Assembly (NCBI GenBank): GCA_039589315.1
Contig: JBDHHQ010000007.1
Span: forward strand, 1-64,000
Length of the DNA: 64,000 nt
Source: Gemmatimonadota bacterium
GTDB taxonomy: Bacteria > Gemmatimonadota > Gemmatimonadetes > Longimicrobiales > Gaopeijiaceae
Direction of reading: 5' to 3'
In this document: positions 40,339-50,181 of the stretch, piece by piece
Layout of the letters: each line of letters starts with the position of its first letter
Numbering within the stretch: the stretch's first letter is position 1
Notes under the pieces: model-generated
Told to the model about the DNA's origin: nothing
Databases searched by the model: none
Seen by the model: the letters and a program-made list of their open reading frames with translations, nothing else
Program-made: the position numbers and the translations under genes

Positions 40339-41034
40339 TCAGCTTCCGCCGGCTTTCCTCGCCGGCGCGCGGCCGAAGGTCCCGAGGACCAGATCCCAGA
40401 GAGGCGAGCTCACGCCGTAGTCCTCGTCCGGGTCCAGGAAGTGGTGCCGATGGTGCTTCCGCTTGAGAAAGCGGCCCGCCTTCGTGGGCACCGAGAAGTG
40501 GTGTACCGCGAAGTGGATCGTGTCGTAGATGAGGTAGCCCGTGACGAAGCCAGCGAACAGGGCTGGGGCGAGGGTGGCCCCGAACACGCCTTTGAACAGA
40601 AACCAGAACGCGATCGCCAGCGGGACGCTCACGCCCGGCGGCATCACCAGCCGCTTGGAGTCGCTCGGGTAGTCGTGGTGCACGCCGTGAGCGATGAAGT
40701 AGAACGTATGTCGCCAGGTGGGGAGCTTGGGCACCACTGCTTCACCGGGCACGAGCCCCGCAACGACGTCGTGCGTCTCCTCCATGACGTGATCCGGGGC
40801 GTGGAAGACGAAGCGGTGCATGATGTACTCGACGAACGTCCAGAGCAGAACGCCAGCCAGGAAGAGTAGTACCGCTGCGCCCAGACCCGCGGTGCTCGTC
40901 CACAGGAAGAAGACCACGACCGGTACGAAGAGCACGTGGGGAACGATGGGGTGCACCTTCGTGAACTTCTCGAGGAGATCACTCCGGAACATCCGGACCG
41001 ATTCGTCCTTGTTCGAAACGAAGTGCTTGTTCAC
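40339..41034 (-). CDS. Fatty acid hydroxylase / sterol desaturase family, FA2H/Scs7-like
   Basis: EYIMHRFVFH, HGVHHDYPSD..RLVMPP, GYLIYDTIHFAVHH, KHHRHHF, YGVSSPLWD; GTG start. Confidence 0.88.
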   Translation of the reverse strand: MNKHFVSNKDESVRMFRSDLLEKFTKVHPIVPHVLFVPVVVFFLWTSTAGLGAAVLLFLAGVLLWTFVEYIMHRFVFHAPDHVMEETHDVVAGLVPGEAVVPKLPTWRHTFYFIAHGVHHDYPSDSKRLVMPPGVSVPLAIAFWFLFKGVFGATLAPALFAGFVTGYLIYDTIHFAVHHFSVPTKAGRFLKRKHHRHHFLDPDEDYGVSSPLWDLVLGTFGRAPARKAGGS

Positions 41035-41212
41035 AGGAGGGGAGTCTCGGCTGTTGGATGATTCCGTTCGACTGCCTGGAAGCACGCTCGAGCACCCAGG
41101 GCGTCTTCAACACGGCCCGAAGATCGCCAGTTTCGCGGAGACGATCAAGAAAGTGGCCGAGGGCGGATCGCCGACCGCGTGCATGAGGCTCTCTGCCAGC
41201 CAGACACCGCAG

Positions 41213-41589
41213 ATCGTGATCTCGTCCATCTCGGCGCTCATGAGCACACGTACCCCCCAGGGTGCCATCGCATGGATCGTGTCCCTGAACACTTTCCCGT
41301 ACGTGGCGGTGCCCGCGTACTGGGTATTCGAGCTCCCCTTCACGCGAGGCAACGGAGCAGAGCTCCTCGTGGACGGGGACGCCACGTTCACAGCATCATT
41401 GCCGGGATCGAGCGGGCCGCGGACTACGTGCTCGTAAAGTTCTACATCGTGAAGGACGACGGCCTGGGCCGGTGGCTCGAGCAGGCCATGATCCGAAAGG
41501 CACGGGAAGGCGTCCCCGTGTACTTCCTGTTCGACGAAGTCTTCAAGCTTGCGGTTCGAGCCGCCCGCCTGACGGCTCCGGTGCAGTAG
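41213..41589 (+). pseudogene. cls: Cardiolipin synthase relic
   Basis: RTPQGAIAW..PYVAVPAYWVF, LPFTRGN..LLVDGDATF, a frameshift at 41390-41391, then SIIAGIERA..FYIVKDDGLG..GVPVYFLFDEV and only 15 more codons; no HKD motif remains. Confidence 0.8.
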
Positions 41590-41643
41590 AATCCCTGGAC
41601 CACGTGGCTCACGGCGTCGACTTGCGTACCCCTGGCTCTGTCA

Positions 41644-41676
41644 TTAGCATTGCAAGTAATTAGCAAAGCTAGCAAA
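41644..41676 (+). promoter_or_regulatory. Candidate PadR operator(s): TAGC-N3-GCTA plus a degenerate copy TAGC-N3-GCAA
   Basis: AT-rich island just upstream of padR with three TAGCA units (41645, 41661, 41670). Confidence 0.45.
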
Positions 41677-41687
41677 TAGGGGATGGG

Positions 41688-42026
41688 ATGGTCCGGAAGA
41701 GCCTGGGTGAGTTCGAGCAGCTGGTGCTCCTGGCGTGCCTACGCCTGGGAGAGGGTGCCTACACAGTCTCCATCATGAAGGAGATCGAGGACCGGACGGG
41801 TCGCGCCGCATCGCATGCGGCCGTCTACGTGGCTCTCCGGCGTCTCGAGGAGCGGGGGCTGGTCACGTCGAAGCTCGGGTCGGCCACCGCGGCCCGGGGC
41901 GGCCGACCCAAGCGCCTCGTAGAGGTGCTCCCCGAAGCCGTGTCGATGCTGGAGGCGGCCCGCGACGACCTCATGAGCATGTGGCAAGGGCTCAACGTGG
42001 CCAGTGAGAAGGGAACGGGCGGATGA
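41688..42026 (+). CDS. PadR family transcriptional regulator
   Basis: LGEFEQLVLLA, AVYVALRRLEERGLV, RGGRPKR; ATGA overlap with the permease. Confidence 0.92.
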   Translation: MVRKSLGEFEQLVLLACLRLGEGAYTVSIMKEIEDRTGRAASHAAVYVALRRLEERGLVTSKLGSATAARGGRPKRLVEVLPEAVSMLEAARDDLMSMWQGLNVASEKGTGG

Positions 42027-44674
42027 AGAGGTGGGGTCGTGACGCGGAGGGAGCCCCATGGGGGGTGCGGCGACTCGTTTTGTGGACGGTCGGATCGGAC
42101 CGGGCAACGGAAGTCCTGGGAGATCTGCGTGAGCTCGCGCAAGGCCCCCCGCCCGCCGGTAGCGTCTCGTGGTATTGGTGGCAGGCCATCACGCTCGTGT
42201 TCCGCGTCCTGGCTGCCGGACGAACCGATCGCCAGCGCTCCGGCGCACGGCGGGGAGCCGGGGGCGGCTGGGCGGCAGACGTACGGTTCGCGTTCCGCTC
42301 GTACCGCAGAACGCCGGTCCTGGCCGCGGCCATACTGACCACGCTCACCCTCGGCGTGGGCGCCACAACGGCCATCTTCTCGGTCGTGGACGCGGTGATC
42401 ATTCGACCGTTGCCGTTTCGCGAGCCGGACCGGCTCGTGCTGGTCTGGGAGACCGAGCCGAACGGTGGGAGACTCCAGCCGTTCTCGCCGCCGAACCTGG
42501 AAGACTTGCGCGCATCCGCCACGACGCTCTCCGAGATCGGGGGCTGGGTGTACGAGCGCTATGCGGTCACCGGATCCGGCGATGCGGAGGAGGTGCTCGC
42601 GGTACGGGTCACGGAGGGGTTCTTCGAGGTGCTGGGTGCCACTGCGACGCTGGGGCGCACCTTCGACGCCGCCGAAGAGGCCGACCGGCGAGCGGTCGTC
42701 CTCAGCCACGCCTACTGGACGGCCCGGTTCGGCGGTGACAGGGGAGTGCTCGGCCGCACTTTGGTCCTGGACCACGAGCCGTACGAGGTCGTGGGCGTCA
42801 TGGGTCCGGCGTTCAGGTTCCCGGACCGCGACGACGTGGCGATGTGGATCCCGCAGGTCCGTTACCCCTGGGAGGAGATCCGGCACACGCGCAACACGTC
42901 AGTCATCGCCCGCCTGGCCCCGGGGGCCACCCCCGACCAGGTGAACGACGAGATCGGGATCATGGCGGCCGCGCTCAGCGAAGACTACCCGGACACCAAC
43001 GCGGGCTGGGGCGCCAGGGTCCAACCTGCCGACGTCCTCTCCGGCGATGCATCCAACCTGGTCGTGCTGCTGGCCGCCGTGGGACTGGTCCTGCTCATCG
43101 CCTGCGTCAACGTGTCGAACCTGCTCCTGGCCCGGGCGTCCGATCGCCACAGAGAGCTGGCCGTGCGGAGGTCCTTGGGTGCATCGCGGATCCGAATCGT
43201 GCGGCAGCTCATGATCGAAGGTGGCTTGCTGGCCGTTCTCGGCTCGTCCCTCGGTGTCGCTCTGGCGGCGCCGGGCACCCGAGCATTGTTGTCTCTGGAG
43301 CCCGGCGCCCTCCCGGCGTGGAATCGAGTGGACGTCGACGGACGCGTCCTCGTATTCGCGGCTGCGCTCACCGTCCTCATCACCGTCTCTACCGGGCTCC
43401 TACCGGCGGTCAGGGCGAGTCGAGAGCGCATGACCGAGGGCCTGCACGACAGCGGTCGCTGGAACGGGCCCACGCGTAGCGCGGCCAAGACCCGCTCACT
43501 GCTGTCAGTGGTCGAGGTGGCCTTGTCCGTGGTCCTGTTGGCCGGAGCCGGGCTCCTGGTGACGAGCATGATCCGGCTCACCCGCGTCGATCCGGGATTC
43601 CGTCCCGATGGACTCGTAACCGCCACGTTGGAGCTGCCCGAGACCCGCTACGAGTACGGCACCGGAGCCATGGAGGGGACCTTCGAGTCCATCCTCTCTG
43701 CGGTCCGCGGGATCCCCGGTGTGTCCGGCGCCGGATGGGTCACCACGCTGCCCATGAATCCAGTGGGCACCGACTACGACATCGAGTTCTACCTCGTCGA
43801 GCACCCTGACCGGTCCCCCACGGACGCTCCGCCTCAAGCGGACTTCCGAGTCGCCAGCGGTGGCTACTTCGAGGCGATGGGGATTCCGTTGGTGGCGGGT
43901 CGCACGATTCGGGACAGCGACAGGTCCGATACGCAGCCGGTAGCCGTGGTCAATCAGACCTTCGCCGACCGGTTCTTCCCCGGCGAGAGCCCTCTGGGCG
44001 AACGGGTGCAGGTGTACACCCCGGAGGGAGCTGGATTCGAGATCATCGGTGTGGTGGGCAACGTTCGGCACCGTGGCCTGGACGACACCTCCCGCCCGGA
44101 GCTGTACCTGCCCTACCAGCAGATGACTCACGGCGAGATGACGCTTGCGGTGCGCTCCGCCCTCGAGACGGGGGCGCTGGTCCGGGGCCTCAAGGAGGCG
44201 GTGGCCCGGGTCGACGCCGATCTGCCGCTCATCGGGGTCAGCGAGGCGCCCTCTCTGCTGGATGACTCGGTAGCCGACCGGCGGTTCCACATGATCCTGC
44301 TGCTCTGTTTCGCCGGACTGGGTCTCACGCTGGCGGTGGTCGGCGTCTATGGGACGACGTCCTATTCCGTGAGCCGTCGTCGACACGAGATCGGGATACG
44401 CATGGCCGTGGGTGCTGCGCGGGCGGACGTCCGCCGGCTGGTCCTGGGGCAGGGCTTGAGGCTGGCGTCCACCGGAATCGCCCTCGGCCTCCTGGGGGCC
44501 GTGCTTCTCACGCAGACGCTACAGGCGCTTCTGTTCGGGGTCGAACCGGTGGATCCTCTGACCTTCGGGGTCGTCGTCGGTGTCGTCGCCCTGTCAGCGC
44601 TGCTGGCGTGTTGGTTGCCGGCCCGACGGGCCGCGCGGGTCGAACCCACACAGGCGCTCCGAGAGAGCTCGTGA
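42023..44674 (+). CDS. ADOP-type duplicated ABC permease
   Basis: DVRFAFRS, LGVGATTAIFSVVDAV, LLIACVNVSNLLLAR, DPGF, EIGIRMAVGA, PARRAARVEP. Confidence 0.92.
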   Translation: MKRWGRDAEGAPWGVRRLVLWTVGSDRATEVLGDLRELAQGPPPAGSVSWYWWQAITLVFRVLAAGRTDRQRSGARRGAGGGWAADVRFAFRSYRRTPVLAAAILTTLTLGVGATTAIFSVVDAVIIRPLPFREPDRLVLVWETEPNGGRLQPFSPPNLEDLRASATTLSEIGGWVYERYAVTGSGDAEEVLAVRVTEGFFEVLGATATLGRTFDAAEEADRRAVVLSHAYWTARFGGDRGVLGRTLVLDHEPYEVVGVMGPAFRFPDRDDVAMWIPQVRYPWEEIRHTRNTSVIARLAPGATPDQVNDEIGIMAAALSEDYPDTNAGWGARVQPADVLSGDASNLVVLLAAVGLVLLIACVNVSNLLLARASDRHRELAVRRSLGASRIRIVRQLMIEGGLLAVLGSSLGVALAAPGTRALLSLEPGALPAWNRVDVDGRVLVFAAALTVLITVSTGLLPAVRASRERMTEGLHDSGRWNGPTRSAAKTRSLLSVVEVALSVVLLAGAGLLVTSMIRLTRVDPGFRPDGLVTATLELPETRYEYGTGAMEGTFESILSAVRGIPGVSGAGWVTTLPMNPVGTDYDIEFYLVEHPDRSPTDAPPQADFRVASGGYFEAMGIPLVAGRTIRDSDRSDTQPVAVVNQTFADRFFPGESPLGERVQVYTPEGAGFEIIGVVGNVRHRGLDDTSRPELYLPYQQMTHGEMTLAVRSALETGALVRGLKEAVARVDADLPLIGVSEAPSLLDDSVADRRFHMILLLCFAGLGLTLAVVGVYGTTSYSVSRRRHEIGIRMAVGAARADVRRLVLGQGLRLASTGIALGLLGAVLLTQTLQALLFGVEPVDPLTFGVVVGVVALSALLACWLPARRAARVEPTQALRESS

Positions 44675-44866
44675 TCGCCACAGCCAACTCCACGGACCAC
44701 GAGGCCGAGCAGGCCGTCGCGTTCGCCTCGTAAGCCGGTGGATCGGGATCGGGCTCGTCTTCTTCGGACCCTTCCGCTCGGAGGTCCCCTTCCGGGGCGT
44801 CAGGCTTCTTGCCTGTGTGGAGTCATCGGATAGCTTCGGGGCTCCACGTCCTCACCCCGAGCGCGC

Positions 44867-45559
44867 ATGGCCACCCCCGACACCGCCTCCGACTACTTCG
44901 GCTCGTTGGCCGCCGAGTACGACTCGCTGATACGGCGAGCCGTCCCTCGGTACGACGAGATGCTCGACCGCTTGATCGAGTACCTGCCCGGGGAGCCAAC
45001 CCGGGGGCTCGAGCTGGGCTGTGGGACCGGCAATCTGACGCTGGCATTGGCGGGATCCCGGCCGGAATGTCGGATAACGACCGTCGACGCGTCGGCCGAG
45101 ATGGTGGAGCTGACCCGGACTCGCCTCCGGGAGCGGTTCCCCGAGGTGGAAGCCAGAGCGACCTTCGTCACGGCGCGGTTCGAGGACCTGGCACCTGAAC
45201 CGGCCAGCTTCGATCTGATCGTGTCGGCCATCAGCTTGCACCACGTGGTCGACAAGGGCGCCCTGTACGGGCGTCTGCGCGAGATGCTGGTGCCAGGGGG
45301 CGCGCTCTGCTTCTCCGACCAGATGGGCGGGGGCACGCACGCCAATCACGACGTGAATTGGATCCGCTGGCTGGAGTACTGCCGCCTTCCCGGAAACTGC
45401 TCCGAAGACGAGATCCAAAGCCTGCTCGATCACGCCGAGTCGCACGATCACTACACGCCGCTAGCCGACCATCTGAGACTACTCGGCGCGGCGGGGTTCC
45501 AGAACCTCGACTGCGTCTGGCGAGACTGGATGTGGGGCGTGGTCACGGCGGAGGCCTAG
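44867..45559 (+). CDS. Class I SAM-dependent methyltransferase
   Basis: YDSLIRRAVPRYDEM, LELGCGTG, VDAS.EM, FDLIVSAISLHH, LVPGG. Confidence 0.88.
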   Translation: MATPDTASDYFGSLAAEYDSLIRRAVPRYDEMLDRLIEYLPGEPTRGLELGCGTGNLTLALAGSRPECRITTVDASAEMVELTRTRLRERFPEVEARATFVTARFEDLAPEPASFDLIVSAISLHHVVDKGALYGRLREMLVPGGALCFSDQMGGGTHANHDVNWIRWLEYCRLPGNCSEDEIQSLLDHAESHDHYTPLADHLRLLGAAGFQNLDCVWRDWMWGVVTAEA

Positions 45560-45639
45560 TGTCGCGCGCCCGCCTGGTGCACGCGGAGCTGGAGACGGTC
45601 CACAACCGCGACTGGCTACGCAGCACGAACGACTACGCC

Positions 45640-45777
45640 GGCGACAACATCCTCCCGTCCATCGGTGGAGGCATCCGGTTCATGGCGGTCGTGGAGGAAC
45701 GGGTCAACGTGGGCCTAGACGTCGCCGTCGGCCGGGAGGGCCCGGCGCTCCACATCATGCTCATGGAGGCCTTCTGA
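45640..45777 (+). pseudogene. C-terminal relic of an Omp85/BamA-TamA-like outer-membrane protein
   Basis: LPSIGGGIRF...NVGLDVAVG...HIMLMEAF-stop resembles the last barrel strands (typically ending EAF); no N-terminal part present. Confidence 0.5.
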
Positions 45778-45779
45778 CG

Positions 45780-47015
45780 GTGTACGCGGCGTACGCCGTG
45801 GCGGCGCCGGGGCTGGAGACACTCACGGCGGCGGAGCTCAGGACCCTCGGCCTCGATCCGACTCCGGGTCTTGGGGGCGTCTCTTTCGAAGCGGACGCCG
45901 CGGGCCTCGTGAGGGCGAACGTGCATCTACGAACCGCCAGCCGCGTCCTCGTGAGGCTTCTGGAGTTCACGGCGCGGGACTTCGCCGCGCTGGAGAAGCA
46001 CGCCCGACGGATTCCCTGGAACCGCTTCACGAAGGCCGGTCACGCGGTGCGCTTCCGGGTGACGTGCAAGAAGTCCCGTCTCTACCATCAGCGGGCGGTG
46101 GCTGAGCGGCTCGGCCTCGCGGCCCGGGAGGCCGGACGGATCGTGGAGGAGGGGTCTACCCAACCGGTGGGTTCCGGGCTGCCGCAGCCTGCCTCGGGGC
46201 ATCTCGAGGGCGCTTCCAGTCCGATCCCGTCGGACTACGAGACCCCCGACCCGGAATCCGCGCTGGCTCACCGTGGTCCTGCACCCGTCCAGACGCTGAG
46301 CGTGCGCCTGTTCCGGGACCGCTGCACGGTCAGCGTCGACGCGTCGGGCGAGCACCTCCACCGCAGGGGATATCGTCTGCGTACGGCCAAGGCGCCGATG
46401 CGCGAGAACCTGGCGGCCGCGGTTCTCCTGGCGGTGGGGTGGGATCCAGCCTCCCCCCTGGTGGATCCCATGTGCGGCTCGGGCACGCTGCTCATCGAAG
46501 CGGCCATGCTGGCGCGGGGGATTCCACCCGGCTTCCACCGGACGTTCGCGTTCCAGGGCTGGCCGGAGATCGACCCGTCGGTCCTGGAGACGTGCAGAGC
46601 CGAGGCTGCCGCCGGAGTCCGATCCCCGGTACCGGCAGTCATCGTGGGGTCGGACCGGGATACGGGAGCGGTCGCGGCGGCCGGGGAGAACGCTGCCCGA
46701 GCCGGCGTGGCCGACGACGTGCGGCTGTTCCACCGGGCCCTTTCCGCCGCGGCACCGCCTTCCGGTACCGAAAGCGGCTGGGTGGTCACGAATCCGCCAT
46801 TCGGCCGGCGGGTGGGTGCCCGTGATCGGCTGCGGGACCTCTACGCGGCTCTGGGAAACCTGGCTCGACAGCGTTTTGCCGGATGGGATCTGGCGGTCGT
46901 CTGCCCGGACCGGGCCCTCGTGGGTCAGTTGGGGATGCCGATGGAGCCGTGCTTGACCACGCGCCACGGTGGGCTCCAGGTGCAGGTCTGGCGGGGGCTG
47001 GTCCCGGGCGGCTGA
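45780..47015 (+). CDS. THUMP-domain RNA methyltransferase (RlmL-like)
   Basis: PGLE, NVHLRTASRVL, DASGEHLHRRGYR, APMRENLAAA, DPMCGSGT, TNPPFG. Confidence 0.88.
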   Translation: MYAAYAVAAPGLETLTAAELRTLGLDPTPGLGGVSFEADAAGLVRANVHLRTASRVLVRLLEFTARDFAALEKHARRIPWNRFTKAGHAVRFRVTCKKSRLYHQRAVAERLGLAAREAGRIVEEGSTQPVGSGLPQPASGHLEGASSPIPSDYETPDPESALAHRGPAPVQTLSVRLFRDRCTVSVDASGEHLHRRGYRLRTAKAPMRENLAAAVLLAVGWDPASPLVDPMCGSGTLLIEAAMLARGIPPGFHRTFAFQGWPEIDPSVLETCRAEAAAGVRSPVPAVIVGSDRDTGAVAAAGENAARAGVADDVRLFHRALSAAAPPSGTESGWVVTNPPFGRRVGARDRLRDLYAALGNLARQRFAGWDLAVVCPDRALVGQLGMPMEPCLTTRHGGLQVQVWRGLVPGG

Positions 47016-47069
47016 GGGTCGAGCGATCTCCGCTCGTGCGACAGAGTTGGCCGTGCGACTCCGGTCCTG

Positions 47070-48605
47070 CTACGGCCCGGCTGCGTGGATCGCCCGCACC
47101 GTGTCGATCGTGTCCGAGTCCTCCGGTGACCTCTCTGGCCGGTACGCCTTCACCCGGGCGAAGCGAAGGGCCAGGCCGCCGGGATAGCGCGGGCTCTCCT
47201 GGATCTCGTTGAAGGCGATTTCCACCACGAGTCGGGGCTCCACGTAGACGGTATGGCGGTCCCTGGCGACCTCGATCCGCTGCAACGCCTCTGTCTGCCA
47301 CGTCAGCAGCTCGTCCGTGAGCCCCTTGAACGTCTTCCCGAGCATGACGAATCCGCCCGTGACCGGGTCTCGAGCACCGAGGTGCAGGTTGCTCAGCCAG
47401 CCCTTTCTGCGGCCGTGTCCCCACTCGGCCGCCAGCACCACCAGGTCCAACGTGTGCGCCGGCTTGAGCTTGATCCAGCTCTTCCCCCTGCGGCCGGCGG
47501 CGTACGAAGCGGTCAGGTCCTTGACCATGACTCCCTCGTGGCCCGACCCGCGGGCAATGGCCAGGAGCGCTTCCACGTCGCCCGGTCCGCGGGCGAGCTC
47601 ACGGCGCACGAGCAGGCCAGGGGGTAGGACGCCCTCCAGCACCTCCATCCGATACGCGCCCGGCTGATCGATGAGCGTGTCGCCGTCCGCGTACAGGCAG
47701 TCGAAGAAGAACGACGAGAGGGGCAGCTCGGTACGCAGGGCGGACACGTCGAGCTTCCGTCCGAACCGACGCATGCTCACCTGAAAGGGATGCGGGCGGC
47801 CGTCGGCCCTCAGAGCCAGCGTCTCGCCGTCGAGAACGAGCTCCTCCATGGGTAGGGCCGCCACGGCCTCCACCAGCTCCGGGACCGAGGGCGTCACGTC
47901 GCGCAGCCGCCGGGAGAAGACGCGCACGTCGCCGCCTGCCTTGTGGACCTGGATGCGAGCCCCGTCAAGCTTGAACTCGACGGCAGCCTCGTCCAATCGG
48001 GCCATGGCAGCGTCCGGGGAGTCGGCCGACGAAGCCAGCATGGGCTGCACGGGGCGAAAGAGGCGCAGCCCGAAGGTAGCCAGCGCGGCCTCACCACCGG
48101 AGAAGGCCGCCTCGGCCACCTCGGAGAGGTCGCCCGAGAGCATGGCGCTCCGCCGCACGGCCGCCGAAGGGACGCCGGCCGCTTCGGCGATGGCCTCGGC
48201 AATCACGCCCTCGTTGGCACCCTGCCGGAGCTCACCGAACAGAAGGGCAATGACGAACCCCTGCTCCCGTTCGGTGCAGCGGCCCAAGAGGTGCGATAGC
48301 AGTCGCTTGCGGGCCTCGACCGACCCCGACCCGGTGGTGGATTGGACGTCGCTGAAGATGCGGTCGAGGTCGTGGAGCGTCATCGCCGGGGTCGCTGCCG
48401 GTTCCACGGGCAGGGCATCCCGGAGCACGGCTGTACCCACGCCGATTCGACCCTGGCGGACCCGGCCGGAAAGAAAGCTCACTGCCAGCCCAAATCGGCC
48501 TGGACCCGCGTCCCGGAGCGCTTGGGCCAGGTGGTGGACCTTTTCCCGACGCCCCGAGGCCATGCGGACGCGCTCCGAGGTGTCTACGAGCGTTGCCAGC
48601 TTCAT
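47070..48605 (-). CDS. ATP-dependent DNA ligase (LigB-like)
   Basis: PMLA, EFKLDGARIQ, LDGE, FFFD, EGVMVK, WIKLK, LDLVV, LRFARV..R. Confidence 0.94.
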   Translation of the reverse strand: MKLATLVDTSERVRMASGRREKVHHLAQALRDAGPGRFGLAVSFLSGRVRQGRIGVGTAVLRDALPVEPAATPAMTLHDLDRIFSDVQSTTGSGSVEARKRLLSHLLGRCTEREQGFVIALLFGELRQGANEGVIAEAIAEAAGVPSAAVRRSAMLSGDLSEVAEAAFSGGEAALATFGLRLFRPVQPMLASSADSPDAAMARLDEAAVEFKLDGARIQVHKAGGDVRVFSRRLRDVTPSVPELVEAVAALPMEELVLDGETLALRADGRPHPFQVSMRRFGRKLDVSALRTELPLSSFFFDCLYADGDTLIDQPGAYRMEVLEGVLPPGLLVRRELARGPGDVEALLAIARGSGHEGVMVKDLTASYAAGRRGKSWIKLKPAHTLDLVVLAAEWGHGRRKGWLSNLHLGARDPVTGGFVMLGKTFKGLTDELLTWQTEALQRIEVARDRHTVYVEPRLVVEIAFNEIQESPRYPGGLALRFARVKAYRPERSPEDSDTIDTVRAIHAAGP

Positions 48606-48642
48606 GACTGCAATGCGGTCCGCGCGGTCCCGGGGCTTCGCC

Positions 48643-49845
48643 CTACGTGATCGGCCCGTCCAACTCCTCGATGGTGGCAGTGGAGGGGCCGCGCTCGGCC
48701 TGGAGGCGGCGGGCAGCTGCCTCCACGTCTCTCATGACACGGAGCATGTTGTCCGCCGCCAGTTGGCGCAGCTCCGACTCGAACCAGCCTCGGCGGGACA
48801 GCTCGGCGAACAGACTGGGGTATGTGGACACGTCCTCCAACCCTACGGGTCCCCGGTCGATGCCGTCGAAGTCTCCGCCGATGGCCACGTGGTCGATGCC
48901 CGCCACGTCACGGACGTGCTCGATATGATCGGCCACGTCGGAGAGTGAGGCGCGGGGGGCCTGGCCGCGCTCCGACTCCGGCACGGCCTCCATCTGCTCT
49001 CTCCAGAGCCTCACCTCCTCGTTCACGAACGACTCGACGAACGTGACCATGACCACGCCCCCGTTCTCGGGCAGGCGACGGAGCACCTCGTCCGGGACGT
49101 TCCGGTTGTGCCCGGTCAGCGCCTTGGCCGAGGAGTGGGAGTAGATCACCGGCGCTTCGACTACGTCCAGGACGTCGTGCATCGTGGCGGGTGAGGTGTG
49201 GGACAGGTCGACCAACATCCCCAGCCAGTTCATCTCCCGCACCACCTCCCTGCCGAACGCGGTGAGGCCCTCGTGTGCCGCCTCGCCCGTCCCCGAGTCG
49301 GCCCAGTCGATCGTGCTGCCGTGGGTGAGAGTCATGTACCGGGCACCGAGCGCGTAGAAGGCGCGAAGCGCGCCCAGGGAGTTCTCGATGGCGTGTCCTC
49401 CCTCCATCCCCAGTAGTGATGCGACCTTTCCTTCGTGGAAGACGCGCATGACGTCGTCTGCCGTGAGGGCCAGCTCCAGGTGCTCCGGATGGTCGTCGAT
49501 CACCTGTAGGGCGATGTCGATCTGCTCGAGCTGGATCCGGGCGGCACCCTCTTGCACGGCGTCGAACGGCACGTAGACGGACCAGAACTGCGCACCCACC
49601 ATGCCCGCCCTGAGGCGATCCAAGTCGGTGTGGCCCACCGCTGCACCCGCGATGTCATAGGCGCGGACGTCGCGTGGGGCATCCTCCGACTCCCGGATGG
49701 CCCAGGGCAGGTCATTGTGGCCGTCGAAGAGCGGCACGCTGGAGAGGACCCGCTTGGCGATCTCCATGTGCTCGTCGTTGTCCTGAGCCGAGGCGGAGAT
49801 CGGAATCAGGGAAGCGGCCATGGCGATGAGGACGGCTCTGTTCAT
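48643..49845 (-). CDS. Exported M19 (membrane/renal) dipeptidase
   Basis: DGHNDLP, AQFWSVYV, MEGGH, YMTLTH, DLSH, SHS, RNVPD, IGGDFDG; signal peptide. Confidence 0.93.
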   Translation of the reverse strand: MNRAVLIAMAASLIPISASAQDNDEHMEIAKRVLSSVPLFDGHNDLPWAIRESEDAPRDVRAYDIAGAAVGHTDLDRLRAGMVGAQFWSVYVPFDAVQEGAARIQLEQIDIALQVIDDHPEHLELALTADDVMRVFHEGKVASLLGMEGGHAIENSLGALRAFYALGARYMTLTHGSTIDWADSGTGEAAHEGLTAFGREVVREMNWLGMLVDLSHTSPATMHDVLDVVEAPVIYSHSSAKALTGHNRNVPDEVLRRLPENGGVVMVTFVESFVNEEVRLWREQMEAVPESERGQAPRASLSDVADHIEHVRDVAGIDHVAIGGDFDGIDRGPVGLEDVSTYPSLFAELSRRGWFESELRQLAADNMLRVMRDVEAAARRLQAERGPSTATIEELDGPIT

Positions 49846-50181
49846 AGGTCGATGCGGGATCGGGATGAAGGACGGTGAACCGGCGGCGTACCGGTCTGGG
49901 GCTGCACGTCGGTAGCGTTGATACGACTGTGGCCGGCGGAAGTGCCGTCCCCGGGCGTCACGGGCCTGCAACCGTACCTCGCGTCTGGCGGCCGAGCATC
50001 TCGACGCACCCACCGGCCGGCCGCGCGCAAACGAATCGGGCAGCTGCCCCTCCCGGCCAAGCCAATGCGGCAGATTCGTGCGAGTGCCGGCTTTCCCGCC
50101 CAGCTTCGTATCGGTAGGATGACGGGCTTCGCCTCCGGCACCCGGGCCAGGAGGATTCACACACGCAGCCGTCCCTGACCG

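Noticed and set aside
44675..44866. Possible small gene between the ADOP permease and the methyltransferase
   Set aside because: Only short or low-complexity frames, with no SD or recognisable motif.
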